64,000 bases of DNA from Bradyrhizobium sp. (GCF_016213215.1 NZ_JACRAW010000135.1:14338-78337); one strand, 5' to 3'. Counted from the first letter of the stretch, positions 27,268 through 38,626 are shown. Numbers and translations: made by a program. The notes: generated by a model from the letters alone, not told the origin.

Positions 27268-27855
27268 ATGAATCGTAACACCCGCTTCCTGGTGATTGCC
27301 GCGTCCTTCGGCGCAAGCCTGGTCGCGGGATTGCTGTTGATGCTGTGGGCCATGGGCATGCAGAACGTCGCCCCACCAGTCGCGATCGGTGGGCCGTTCC
27401 AGCTCACCGACCAGAACGGCCAGGTCGTCACCGAAAAGAACCTGAAGGGCAGGCCGACCCTGATTTTCTTCGGCTACACTCATTGCCCGGACGTCTGCCC
27501 GACCGCGTTATTCGAGATCTCCGAAGTGATGCGGGCCATGGGCGGCGATGCCGACCGCGTCAACGCCTATTTCGTGTCCGTCGACCCCGACCGCGACACG
27601 CCGGCGGTGATGAAGGACTATCTGTCGAGCTTCGACCCGCATCTGAAAGGACTGAGCGGCGATCAGGCGGCGGTGGCAAAGGTACTCAGCAGCTACCGGG
27701 TCTATGCCAGGAAGGTGCCGGGGAAGGACGGCGACTACACCATGGACCACACCGCGCTGATCTATCTGATGGACCGCGACGGCAGGTTCGTCGCGCCCTT
27801 CAGCCTGAAACGCTCGGCGGAGGAAGCAGCGGCCGATCTGAAACGGTATCTCTGA
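27268..27855 (+). CDS. SCO1/SenC family copper chaperone (thioredoxin fold)
   Basis: 'FFGYTHCPDVCPT' CxxxC motif and downstream 'DHTA' His. N-terminal membrane anchor. Confidence 0.9.
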   Translation: MNRNTRFLVIAASFGASLVAGLLLMLWAMGMQNVAPPVAIGGPFQLTDQNGQVVTEKNLKGRPTLIFFGYTHCPDVCPTALFEISEVMRAMGGDADRVNAYFVSVDPDRDTPAVMKDYLSSFDPHLKGLSGDQAAVAKVLSSYRVYARKVPGKDGDYTMDHTALIYLMDRDGRFVAPFSLKRSAEEAAADLKRYL

Positions 27856-27941
27856 CGCCTCGGCGGCCAGACGGCACTCGCCTTGTCGACCGGATGGTCT
27901 ATAACGCAGTCCGATCTGACGAAACTCAGCCTCCCCCGCAC

Positions 27942-28853
27942 ATGACCCTGTCGCAACAGAGAAGACCGGTCTCGTACAAGCGCCGCTTCCTCGCGGCGTT
28001 GGCGGCCGGTGCCTGGCTTGTGACGGCTGCGTCCGGCGCCACGGCGCAGACTTCCGCCAAACAGGGCAGCAAGCCTGTACTTGCCGCGCCCCAGGCGGTC
28101 CCCGGTTTCTGGGATCCGCGGCGGCGGCCCGATCGGCCCGATCTGTCGCGCATCGCGGTGATCCGCTTTCTGACCGAGACCGACTACCCGCCCTTCAATT
28201 TCACCGGACCCGATGGCAATCCGGCCGGCTTCAACATCGATCTCGCGCGCGCGCTGTGCGAGGAGATCAAGGTGACCTGCACGATCCAGATGCGCCGGTT
28301 CGAAACGCTGCTCGATGCGCTTTCTTCCAATCGCGGCGACGCCATCATCGCCTCGATGGCGGTGACGCCTCCGCTTCGCTCCCGCGTCGATTTCAGCGAT
28401 CCCTATTACCGCGCGCCGGCGCGGTTCGTCTCGCGGCGCGATGCGGTCATGACAGAGATCCGCCCCGAGTATCTCGAGGGCAAGAAGATCGGCGTCATCG
28501 CGGGCACCGCGCATGAGGCCTACCTGAAGGCGATGTTCACCGACGCCGAACTGCATTCCTATCCCAATGACGATGCCTCGCGCCTGGCGCTGCGGCGGGG
28601 CGAGGTCGATCTCATTTTCGGCGATGCCATCTCGCTGGCGTTCTGGATCAACGGCACCGATTCCGCCGATTGCTGTGCCTTCTCGGGCGGCCCGTTCGTG
28701 GAGAGCCGCTATTTCGGCGAGGGTATCGGCATTGCCGTGCGCAAGGGCAATGACCTGTTGCGGCAGGCGTTGAACTGGGCCCTATTCCGAGTCTGGGAAA
28801 AGGGCGCCTATACCGACCTGTGGCTGCGCTACTTCTCGGTGAGCCCGTTCTAA
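27942..28853 (+). CDS. Family-3 solute-binding protein (polar amino-acid ABC transporter type)
   Basis: Start at ATG 27942 ('MTLSQQRRPVSYKRRFLAALAAGAWLVTAASGATA'). The track ORF from 27345 overlaps SCO1 out of frame. 'DYPPFNF...GFNIDLARALCEE...DAIIASM' is typical. Confidence 0.8.
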   Translation: MTLSQQRRPVSYKRRFLAALAAGAWLVTAASGATAQTSAKQGSKPVLAAPQAVPGFWDPRRRPDRPDLSRIAVIRFLTETDYPPFNFTGPDGNPAGFNIDLARALCEEIKVTCTIQMRRFETLLDALSSNRGDAIIASMAVTPPLRSRVDFSDPYYRAPARFVSRRDAVMTEIRPEYLEGKKIGVIAGTAHEAYLKAMFTDAELHSYPNDDASRLALRRGEVDLIFGDAISLAFWINGTDSADCCAFSGGPFVESRYFGEGIGIAVRKGNDLLRQALNWALFRVWEKGAYTDLWLRYFSVSPF

Positions 28854-30659
<1,806 letters not shown>

Positions 30660-30671
30660 CTCATCCAAGCT

Positions 30672-30740
30672 GTCGTCCCGGGCAAGCGAGCTCCTGGCAA
30701 CGCGAAGCGTTGTCCAGCTCGAGCGCGACCCGGGAACCAT
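30672..30740. repeat. REP-like element (GTCGTCCCGGGC...CGCGACCCGGGAACC)
   Basis: CCCGGG-containing inverted termini immediately after the lysK stop. Related in style to family B. Confidence 0.4.
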
Positions 30741-31028
30741 GGCCACAGGAGACTGTGGTTGAAGCGCTGGAGCCGCCATCCTTCTCCAGCCACGAAGGCC
30801 CGTTCGCGGGGAGGACACCGAAGTTGTCGGAATGATTCGGTGGACCGGCAAACCCTCACCGTGCCCCCGGGTTCTTGTTCCGGAACCGCCGGTCGACACG
30901 CAAATGGAAATGGGAGATCTGCGGCAACTACAACCAGCGCGACGGAAAGTGCGCTAAACTGCCTGGACAAAAAGGCGGACCTTTCGCCGAGAAGGCGTCA
31001 GCCGAGCCGGAACAACAGGGAGGATGCC

Positions 31029-31814
31029 ATGCAGTTCAGCGTTTCGCCGAAGACCCTCCGCGACAGCTTGAGCGCCGGGCAATGGCAGGCCCGTGTCGAT
31101 CTCGCCGCCGCCCATCGTTTGGCTTACCTGCACGGCTTCAGCGAGGGCATTTTCAATCATTTGACCTTGGTGGTGCCGGGCCGCAGCGACCGGTACTACC
31201 AAATTCCATTCGGCATGCACTGGTCGGAGGTGACGGCGTCGTCCTTCATGGAGGTCGGCATCGATGACGGTGAGGTCAAGAGCGGCGAGGGCGACGTCGA
31301 GCGCTCGTGCTATTGCATCCATGCGCCGATCCACAAGGCGCTGCCGCAGGCCAAGGCCGTGTTCCACACCCACATGCCCTTTGCGAGCGCACTGACGCGA
31401 CTAGAAGATCCCCGCATCAAGGAGATCGGCCAGACTGAGGTCGGTCTTTCCGGCGCCATCGCGTATGACGACGAGTACACCGGTCCGGCGGTCGATCCCG
31501 CCGAAGGCGCGCGGCTGGCGCGCGTGATCGGCGACAAGACCGTGCTGTTCATGGCCAATCACGGCATCTCCACCGTCGGCGCGACCGTGGCCGAGGCCTA
31601 TGACAAGCTCTATTACGTCGAGCGCGCCGCGCAGGTGCAGATCTATGCCATGTGGACCGGGCAGAAGCTGAAGCAGCTGCCGGCGCCGGTCGTGGAGAAG
31701 ACCCGGCGCGACTACATGGACGATCATCTCTACAAGGGCCCCAGCCCGGCACAGCGCCACTTCGATGCCTTGAAGCGTATTCTCGATCGCGACGAGCCGG
31801 ACTACGCGACATAG
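31029..31814 (+). CDS. Class II aldolase/adducin family protein
   Basis: Start at ATG 31029 (GGAGG upstream). 'CYCIHAPIHKALPQAKAVFHTHMPFASAL' and 'LFMANHGISTVG' are typical motifs. Confidence 0.8.
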   Translation: MQFSVSPKTLRDSLSAGQWQARVDLAAAHRLAYLHGFSEGIFNHLTLVVPGRSDRYYQIPFGMHWSEVTASSFMEVGIDDGEVKSGEGDVERSCYCIHAPIHKALPQAKAVFHTHMPFASALTRLEDPRIKEIGQTEVGLSGAIAYDDEYTGPAVDPAEGARLARVIGDKTVLFMANHGISTVGATVAEAYDKLYYVERAAQVQIYAMWTGQKLKQLPAPVVEKTRRDYMDDHLYKGPSPAQRHFDALKRILDRDEPDYAT

Positions 31815-31952
31815 CCGGCATGAGGAGGTCTTTCGCGTCAGCTCGAACGCAGCACGTAGCGGCGATTGCCTTTCTGCACCGGCCGTGCATTCACCGAATG
31901 AGGTTTTGCGCATGCGGCCGGACGGCTGGTGCTGACTTCAATCGGCAGGGCG

Positions 31953-32582
31953 TCACTGGCTCGCCCAGATGATCCGCGCGATCCAGGCAACCTCGGCGGC
32001 AGCGAGCGTCCGTTCGGCACGCACCGGATTGAGCGGCTGCAGCTCGATCGTCCTCGCCGTGCGGCGCTTGAATTGCTTGACCATCACTTCGCCCGTCCTG
32101 GTCTTGACCACGACGCGGTCGCCGCGCCGGATCGCCGTGCCGGGCGAGACGACAATGATGTCGCCGTCGCGATAGGCCGGATGCATCGAATCGCCGGAAA
32201 TCTCGAGTGCGTACACACGTCCGTCCTCGGCCCACGGCAGGACGACTTCATTCCAGCCCTTGCCTGAGGGAAATCCGAGCTCGTCGAAATAGCCGCCGTT
32301 GGCCGCCAGCCCGAAGCCGATCAGCGGTACCGAAGCCTCACCTTGTGTTGCGCCGTCGCCGATCAGCTCCACGAACAGGTCGAGCGAGCTGCCGGTAGCG
32401 GTGAGCGCCTTGGCGATCGACTCCGTGGAGGGCCAGCGCGCGCGGCCGTCCGGCGTGATGCGCTTGGACTTGTTGAAGGTGGTGGGATCCAGCCCGGCGC
32501 GCCGGGCGAGGCCGGAGGGCGACAATCCGGCGCGCGCGGCAAGCCGATCCAGCGCACCCCAGACCTGGTCGTTGGTGAGCAT
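31953..32582 (-). CDS. S24 peptidase / LexA-CI-like self-cleaving repressor homologue
   Basis: N-terminal HTH 'LSPSGLARRAGLDPTTFNKSK'. C-terminal S24 domain 'YALEISGDSMHPAYRDGDIIVV...VVKT..GEVMVKQF' with the Ser...Lys arrangement. Alternative start at 32609. Confidence 0.75.
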   Translation of the reverse strand: MLTNDQVWGALDRLAARAGLSPSGLARRAGLDPTTFNKSKRITPDGRARWPSTESIAKALTATGSSLDLFVELIGDGATQGEASVPLIGFGLAANGGYFDELGFPSGKGWNEVVLPWAEDGRVYALEISGDSMHPAYRDGDIIVVSPGTAIRRGDRVVVKTRTGEVMVKQFKRRTARTIELQPLNPVRAERTLAAAEVAWIARIIWASQ

Positions 32583-32790
32583 TCCCGGCGCCCTGGCATG
32601 CCTGATCATCGCGATCCGGCCTATCGCAGCTTCGGAATATCCGCCTCAATCAATCGTTTTTCCCAATCCGGTGCAAGAGCCGTCAGGCAAGTCTTGAGTT
32701 CGGCGGATGTGGCCGATACGGTCGCCCGGGCAGCCGGCCCTTCGGCAAGAATACCAGCAGACTCAAGCGGCAATCAGGACCCCGGAACAG

Positions 32791-33135
32791 GTGGTGAAAG
32801 TCTACAAAATCTGTCCGGCCCCGGCCTGGCGGGAGGCCGAGCGGGAGGGCGTATACCGCGGCAGCGCCGAGGACGCCCGCGACGGCTTCATCCACCTCTC
32901 GGCCGCCTCCCAGGTCGCCGAAACGGCGCGGAAGCACTTTTTTGCCCAGCGCGCCCTGTTCCTGATCGAAATCGACGGCGACGCGCTGGGAGATGCGCTG
33001 CGCTGGGAGCGTTCGCGCAACGAGCAGTTGTTTCCGCATCTCTATGGCGAGCTCGATCTCGGCGCCGTCATCTCGGTCCAGAGCCTCAATATGCGCTCGG
33101 ATAGCTGCCACGACATACCGGAGCTTGCTCCGTGA
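32791..33135 (+). CDS. DUF952 domain protein
   Basis: 'VYKICPAPAWREAEREGVYRGSAEDARDGFIHLS...FPHLYGELDL'. GTG start (32791 or 32794). Stop overlaps the pyrD start. Confidence 0.7.
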   Translation: MVKVYKICPAPAWREAEREGVYRGSAEDARDGFIHLSAASQVAETARKHFFAQRALFLIEIDGDALGDALRWERSRNEQLFPHLYGELDLGAVISVQSLNMRSDSCHDIPELAP

Positions 33136-34226
33136 TCCGCGCCTTCGACGTTCTCTCGCTGCCTGTTCTGCGCTGGCTCGATCCGGAAGATGCGCACCGC
33201 CTCGCTGTTCAGGGTCTGCGTCTGCTGCCGCCGCTGCGACTGCGGCCCGATGATCCGAAGCTCGCGGTCCGGGCGTTCGGGCTGAACTTCCCCAATCCGA
33301 TCGGCATGGCCGCCGGGTTCGACAAGAATGGAGAGGTTCCAGACGCGCTGTTGCGGCTCGGCTTCGGCTACGTCGAGATCGGCTCGGTGACGCCGCGGCC
33401 GCAAGGCGGCAATCCGCGGCCGCGATTGTTTCGCCTCGAGCGCGATCAAGGCATCATCAACCGCATGGGCTTCAACAATGACGGCGCGGACGTCGTGCTG
33501 AAGCGGCTTGCCGCACGGGCCCATCACGGCGGCATCGTCGGCGTCAATGTCGGAGCCAACAAGGATTCGCCCGACCGCGTCGCCGACTACGTGAAGCTGA
33601 TCGAAACCTTCGCGCCGGTCGCGAGCTATTTCACCGTGAACATCTCCTCGCCGAACACGCCCGGCCTGCGCAATCTGCAGCAGGCGGAGCTGCTCGACGA
33701 TCTGCTCGCCAAGGTGATCGACGCGCGCGAGCGCGTGCGCGCCAAGGCCGGCGACTCGCCGGTATTGCTGAAGATCGCGCCCGACCTCAGCCTCGCCGAG
33801 CTCGACGAGGTCGTGCACGTCGCCCGCTCGCGCCGGGTGGACGGCATGATCGTGGCCAATACGACGCTGGCGCGGCCTTCCAGCCTGCGCGAGCAGGCAA
33901 AGGCGAAAGAGCAGGGCGGTCTGTCGGGCCGGCCGCTGTTCCGACTGTCCACGCGCATGGTCGCCGAGACCTATGTCCGCGTCGAAGGCGCATTTCCGCT
34001 GATCGGGGTCGGCGGCATCGATACCGGCGGCGCGGCGCTGACCAAGATCCGCGCCGGCGCCAGCCTGATCCAGCTCTATTCCTCGCTGGTCTACAAGGGG
34101 CTCGGTCTGGTCGACGATATCAAGCGCGACCTCACGTCCACGCTGCTGCGCACAGGGCGCGACTCGCTGTCCGAAATCGTCGGCGCCGACGCCGCGACGA
34201 TCACGGCCGAGGACTGGCCGGTTTAG
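33132..34226 (+). CDS. pyrD: Dihydroorotate dehydrogenase (quinone), class 2
   Basis: 'NPIGMAAGFDKN', 'GYVEIGSVTP', 'NISSPNTPGLR', 'GLSGRPLF', 'IGVGGI' motifs. Confidence 0.95.
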   Translation: MIRAFDVLSLPVLRWLDPEDAHRLAVQGLRLLPPLRLRPDDPKLAVRAFGLNFPNPIGMAAGFDKNGEVPDALLRLGFGYVEIGSVTPRPQGGNPRPRLFRLERDQGIINRMGFNNDGADVVLKRLAARAHHGGIVGVNVGANKDSPDRVADYVKLIETFAPVASYFTVNISSPNTPGLRNLQQAELLDDLLAKVIDARERVRAKAGDSPVLLKIAPDLSLAELDEVVHVARSRRVDGMIVANTTLARPSSLREQAKAKEQGGLSGRPLFRLSTRMVAETYVRVEGAFPLIGVGGIDTGGAALTKIRAGASLIQLYSSLVYKGLGLVDDIKRDLTSTLLRTGRDSLSEIVGADAATITAEDWPV

Positions 34227-34232
34227 GTTCTC

Positions 34233-34256
34233 CCTCGCCCCGCTTGCGGGGCGAGG
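34233..34256. repeat. REP-like hairpin, family C (CCTCGCCCCGC-TT-GCGGGGCGAGG) after pyrD
   Basis: Near-identical about 33-nt element recurs at 51881-51912 (TTCTCCCTCGC..GCTTGCGGGGCGAGGTGA). Lies between convergent pyrD and the MATE gene. Confidence 0.5.
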
Positions 34257-34293
34257 TGAACGAATTTCGCCAATAGACTGATTTGACCAAAAA

Positions 34294-35631
34294 TCATCGC
34301 GCTTTGGGGGCGAAGGAAGCCTCGAACAGCGCCGGATAGCGCAGTCCCTGCAGGCCGCCGCGGGCGACATAGAAGGCGAGCATCGCCGCCCACAGTCCGG
34401 CATTGTCGAGCGTGCGCAGCGCGAGCCACACGGCAAGGAATATCAGCAGCGAGAGCAGCATCAGGTTGCGCATGTCGCGCGCCCAGGTCGCGCCGATATA
34501 GATGCCGTCGAAGCCGAAGGCGAACACGCCGGGCAGCGGCGCCAGGATGACGAACAGGAGATAGTCGCGGGCGCTGAGGCGGACGGCTTCGCTCGTCGTC
34601 ATGACGTCGATCAGCGCCGAGCCGGACAGGGCGAAGACGAGGGCGACCGCAATCGCAAAGGCGATGCCCCAGAGCACGATCAGCCGCACCGCGTCGGCAA
34701 AGCCACGCCGGTCGCGCGCGCCGAAAGTTCGACCGCAGAGTTGTTGGGCGGCGTTGGCAAAACCGTCGAGGATGAAGGCGCTGACCAGAAGGAAGTTGTT
34801 GAGCACGGCGTTGGCAGCTAACGTCACGTCGCCGGCGCGGGCGCCTTGCGCCGTGAAGATCATGAACACGGTGATCATCGCCGCGGTGCGGATCATGATG
34901 TCGCGGTTGACCGCGAACATGCGCGTGAGCTTGGCGCGGTCGAACAGGACGGCGCGGGGAACCGCGAGCCCGTCCGGCGACAGACGGCGCGCGATGGCAA
35001 CGCCGAGCGCGAAACCGGCCGCTTCGGCAACCACGGCCGCAATCGCCGTGCCGGCGATTCCGGCCTCGAACACCAGCACCAGCAGCATGGTGCCCGCGAT
35101 GTTGATCAGGTTGACGGCGATCTGCAGGATCAGCGCCGAGGTTGCGCGCGCCTGCCCGATCAGCCAGCCGAGCACGACATAATTCGCCAGCACCACGGGG
35201 GCCGACCAGATCCTGATGACAAAATAGGTCCGGGCGGCCTGTGTGACGTCCTCGCTGCCGCCCATCGCGCCGAGGATGGCCGCGGCAAGCGGCATCTGCA
35301 GCGCGATCAGCCCGGCGCCGATGACGGCCGCAAGGATGAAGCCGCGTACCAGGTTCGCGCCTATTTCCCGCGTCTCTCCCGCCCCGAGTGATTGCGCGGT
35401 AAAGGCGAGCGTGCTCCCGCGCAGGAACGCGAACAGCCAGAACATGCAGTCGAAGATCAGCGAGGCCATCGCCACCCCGCCGAGCAGTGCAGCGTCGCCG
35501 AGTCGGCCGATTGCGGTGGTCGAGACGACGCCGATCAGCGGCGTGGTCAGGTTTGCGACCATCGCGGGACCGGCGATGGCGAACACCTGCGCGCTCGTGA
35601 TCTTCGCAAGATGTAGCGGACGCAATTCCAC
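34294..35631 (-). CDS. MATE family efflux transporter (DinF-like)
   Basis: 12-TM MATE profile ('IAGPAMVANLTTPLIGVVSTTAIGRLG'). Start set at GTG 35631; the ATG at 35682 would overlap the upstream gene by 35 nt. Confidence 0.8.
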   Translation of the reverse strand: MELRPLHLAKITSAQVFAIAGPAMVANLTTPLIGVVSTTAIGRLGDAALLGGVAMASLIFDCMFWLFAFLRGSTLAFTAQSLGAGETREIGANLVRGFILAAVIGAGLIALQMPLAAAILGAMGGSEDVTQAARTYFVIRIWSAPVVLANYVVLGWLIGQARATSALILQIAVNLINIAGTMLLVLVFEAGIAGTAIAAVVAEAAGFALGVAIARRLSPDGLAVPRAVLFDRAKLTRMFAVNRDIMIRTAAMITVFMIFTAQGARAGDVTLAANAVLNNFLLVSAFILDGFANAAQQLCGRTFGARDRRGFADAVRLIVLWGIAFAIAVALVFALSGSALIDVMTTSEAVRLSARDYLLFVILAPLPGVFAFGFDGIYIGATWARDMRNLMLLSLLIFLAVWLALRTLDNAGLWAAMLAFYVARGGLQGLRYPALFEASFAPKAR

Positions 35632-35647
35632 GTGCCCCGGCGCCCTC

Positions 35648-36382
35648 TCAGACTTCGACCACCATGCCGTCTTGTGCGGCACTGTGGTTCAGCGTGTCGA
35701 GTCGGGAAAGCATCTCTTCGCCCATATGGGTCAGGATCAGGCGTTTGGGCTTGATCTCGCCGAGGTGCTTTTCGAGCGCGGAAAGACTGAGGTGGTTCTT
35801 CACCGCCCTGTCATAGGTATAGGCCTCGGCGACGAACAGGTCGGCATCGCGCGCCAGCGGGATCAGCGTCTCCGTCCACTCCGTATCGCCGGTGTAGGCG
35901 ATCACGCGTTCTTCCGCCTCGACGCGGTAGCCCAGAAAGGGACCTCCGGATTCGCCGTGCACGACCGGGTAGGGCGTGACGTCGACGCCACTGAGGCTTC
36001 GCGTCCGTTGCGGTTCGAGCGCAACCACGGAGATATCGAAGCTTTGCTTCGTTTGGGAGGAATTCTCGAACAAGGCTTCCATCAGCTGCGTCAGCCTTGC
36101 CTCGATGCCTTGCGGGCCGGCGATGACGAGCGGGCGGGTGCGCCGGGTGAATTGCGCATCGAGCAGGAGGAAAGGCAGGCCGGCGAAATGATCGCCGTGA
36201 AAATGGGTGATCAGGACGAGATCGATCCCGTGGCGATCGATGCCGAGCCGCTTCATCGCCGGCAGCGACGAGGCGCCGCAGTCGATCAGGAAGTTGACGG
36301 CCGCGCCCGTGACGTGAAAGCAGGTGTTGCACCTGCCGCCCGAGCCGAACGCGTCCCCGCAGCCGATAAATCGCAATTGCAT
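35648..36382 (-). CDS. MBL-fold metallo-hydrolase
   Basis: 'LITHFHGDHFAG' HxHxDH motif, about 244 aa. Confidence 0.8.
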   Translation of the reverse strand: MQLRFIGCGDAFGSGGRCNTCFHVTGAAVNFLIDCGASSLPAMKRLGIDRHGIDLVLITHFHGDHFAGLPFLLLDAQFTRRTRPLVIAGPQGIEARLTQLMEALFENSSQTKQSFDISVVALEPQRTRSLSGVDVTPYPVVHGESGGPFLGYRVEAEERVIAYTGDTEWTETLIPLARDADLFVAEAYTYDRAVKNHLSLSALEKHLGEIKPKRLILTHMGEEMLSRLDTLNHSAAQDGMVVEV

Positions 36383-36397
36383 CGGCTGCTGCTCCGG

Positions 36398-36700
36398 TTA
36401 GCGGCCGCGCGGCGTGTTGAACAGGCGCGTCAGGAACCAGACCGGGATTACGATCACCGCGCCCAGCAGGAAATAGCGCCACAGCCAGTTGATGGCGTCG
36501 AAACCGAGATCCCAAAGCCGCTGGAACAGGAGCTGGATGCTCCGGAGGATATTCCACGGATCGAAGCCGATGGCCGCCAGCACCACGCCGAGCAGTATCG
36601 ACAGCAGAATCAGCCGAAACGCCACCGACAGCGGGGAGCCGCCGAGGAAGCGGTAAAGGCCGTCATGGCCTGCCGGCAAGTCTCTGACGTCGTTGGCCAT
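36398..36700 (-). CDS. Small hypothetical membrane protein
   Basis: Start at ATG 36700 (GGAGA upstream). Two hydrophobic helices. Confidence 0.5.
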   Translation of the reverse strand: MANDVRDLPAGHDGLYRFLGGSPLSVAFRLILLSILLGVVLAAIGFDPWNILRSIQLLFQRLWDLGFDAINWLWRYFLLGAVIVIPVWFLTRLFNTPRGR

Positions 36701-36775
36701 AACTCGTCTCCTCGCGGGAATCGTCCCGCCCATTATAAGTCAGCGCAGGGCACATGGGGAACCCGGCAGGCCCCG

Positions 36776-38626
36776 TCAATGGCTGCCGGTCGCGGCGGCA
36801 ACCTCAATAGTTGGCGGGGTCGTCTCGTTCTTGAGCATTTTTTCCAGCGTATCAAGCCGGTCGGCCTCGCGCGGCGGCTTGTCCCAGCGCAGCCGGTTGA
36901 TGCGGGGAAAGCGCATCGCCACCCCGGATTTGTGCCGCGAGGAACGCTGCAATCCCTCAAAGGCGACTTCCAGTACCAGTCCCCGGTCGGCTTCGTGCAC
37001 GACCTCGCGGACCGGGCCGAACTTCTCGACCGTGTTGCGGCGAACGAAACGATCGATCTGCAACAGCTCCTCGTCGGTGAAGCCGAAATAAGCCTTGCCG
37101 ACCGGCACCAGTTGTTCGCCGCCTTCGCCTGACGTCCACACTCCGAACGTGTAATCGGAATAGTAGGACGAGCGCTTGCCATGGCCGCGCTGCGCATACA
37201 TCAGGACGGCATCGATGACGTGCGGGTCGCGCTTCCACTTCCACCATTGGCCCTTCGGCCGGCCGGGCAGATAGGCCGCGTCGCGCCGCTTGAGCATCAC
37301 GCCTTCGACCGCCTCCGCATCCTCGCCCGCGCCGGCACTCGCGGGGTGCGCGCGAGCCGCCTGCAGCGCCTCCCAGCTCTCGAACGGGATGGTCGGCGAC
37401 ATATCGATGCGGGGATCGTCGAGCTTTCGGATGAAAGCCTCGAGATGCGTGCGGCGTTCGGCAAAGGGCAGTTCGCGCAAATCGTTTTCGTCGTCGCCGA
37501 GCAGGTCATAGGCGCGCAGATGGATGGGATAGTCATGGATCAATTTCGGCGAGACAACTTTGCGGTTGAGCCGCTGCTGCAGCACGTTGAAGCTCTGGAC
37601 GCGGCCGCCGCGCACAACCAGCAGTTCGCCGTCGATGGCGCCCGGCAGCCGCAGCGACGGCAACAGATCCGGAAAGCTCCTCGTGATGTCCTCGCCGCTA
37701 CGCGAATAGAGTCGCGCCACGAGGTGCCCGCGCGCATCGCGGCCGGCGACCGCCTGCACGCGGATGCCGTCCCATTTCCATTCGGCGATGTAGTCGGTAG
37801 GATCAAGGCCGGAGAAATCGGTGTGCTCAATGGCGTGCGCCAGCATCACCGGGCGGAACGGCGCGGGATCTCGGTTGACCGGCTTGTCGGCGCGACCCTC
37901 CAGCCAGGCGAACAGATCGAGATACGGCGGCGCGACCCCCGGCCACAACAGTTCAATCTCGTGCGGGTCCTTGTCTCCGAGGGCGGCGGCGGCCGTCTTG
38001 GCAAGGCGGGCCGAAACGCCGATGCGCATGGCGCCGGTGACGAGCTTGAGCAGTGCCCAGCGGCCGGTCTCGTCGAGTTCGTCGAGCCAGCGCTCGAGCT
38101 GTCTGGGCAGTTCGGTCTTTCCGAGCGTACGCAGCGTGGTGACGACCTCGCTAAGAGTTGGCGGCGGCGGATCGTCACGACCGATTTGCGCTGCAGCAGC
38201 ATGCTCCGCTGCACCTCTCCCGCTTGCGGGGGAGGTCGGATCGCGCGGCAGCGCATTGGCGCTGACGGGCGATCCGGGTGGGGGCTTTCTCTCGGCGGTC
38301 TCGCCTGCGGCTTGCCCCCACCCCAACCCTCCCCCGTAAGCGGGGGAGGGAGAAGATCTCGGCCACATCAGCGCCACCGTTTCGGAGAGGTCGCCGACAT
38401 AGTCGTACGACAATCCGAACAGCACCGGATCGGTGCGCGCCGCGATCAGTTCGCGGATCAGCGACGGCTTGGCGTGCTTGAACGACAGCGCGCCGGTAAG
38501 CGCAGCGAGCGCATAGCCGCGATCGGGATCCGCGACCTCGCGGAAATAGCCGGTGATCAGCCTGAGCTTGTTGTTGCGTCCCGGCTCATAGGCGAGGCGA
38601 TCGAGCAGCTCGGCAAAGCGGTTCAT
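36776..38626 (-). CDS. ATP-dependent DNA ligase of the ligase-associated DNA-damage-response cluster
   Basis: Adenylation motif I 'EWKWDGIRVQ', OB-fold C-terminal region. Start overlaps the stop of the upstream exonuclease gene by 4 nt. Carries an in-frame repeat-derived insertion (next feature). Confidence 0.9.
   Translation of the reverse strand: MNRFAELLDRLAYEPGRNNKLRLITGYFREVADPDRGYALAALTGALSFKHAKPSLIRELIAARTDPVLFGLSYDYVGDLSETVALMWPRSSPSPAYGGGLGWGQAAGETAERKPPPGSPVSANALPRDPTSPASGRGAAEHAAAAQIGRDDPPPPTLSEVVTTLRTLGKTELPRQLERWLDELDETGRWALLKLVTGAMRIGVSARLAKTAAAALGDKDPHEIELLWPGVAPPYLDLFAWLEGRADKPVNRDPAPFRPVMLAHAIEHTDFSGLDPTDYIAEWKWDGIRVQAVAGRDARGHLVARLYSRSGEDITRSFPDLLPSLRLPGAIDGELLVVRGGRVQSFNVLQQRLNRKVVSPKLIHDYPIHLRAYDLLGDDENDLRELPFAERRTHLEAFIRKLDDPRIDMSPTIPFESWEALQAARAHPASAGAGEDAEAVEGVMLKRRDAAYLPGRPKGQWWKWKRDPHVIDAVLMYAQRGHGKRSSYYSDYTFGVWTSGEGGEQLVPVGKAYFGFTDEELLQIDRFVRRNTVEKFGPVREVVHEADRGLVLEVAFEGLQRSSRHKSGVAMRFPRINRLRWDKPPREADRLDTLEKMLKNETTPPTIEVAAATGSH
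38177..38356. repeat. REP family C hairpins embedded in frame in the ligase CDS
   Basis: CCTCTCCCGC-tt-GCGGGGGAGG (38214-38235) and CCCTCCCCCG-taag-CGGGGGAGGG (38327-38350). Same hairpin family as the intergenic copies at 42095-42122 and 58691-58791. Encodes 'SSPSPAYGGGLGWGQAAGE...TSPASGRGAAEH'. Confidence 0.5.

Noticed and set aside
27345-27941. N-terminal 199 codons of the track ORF 27345-28853
   Set aside because: This part overlaps SCO1 in another frame and is Arg/Pro-rich. A proper start with a signal peptide exists at ATG 27942, so only 27942-28853 is called.
33042-34436. 464-aa minus-strand ORF opposite pyrD
   Set aside because: The PyrD motifs are unambiguous on the plus strand. Shadow ORF.
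35243-37132. 629-aa plus-strand ORF spanning the MATE, MBL, small membrane and ligase genes
   Set aside because: It crosses four well-supported minus-strand genes and their intergenic gaps, and has no recognisable domain. Shadow ORF.
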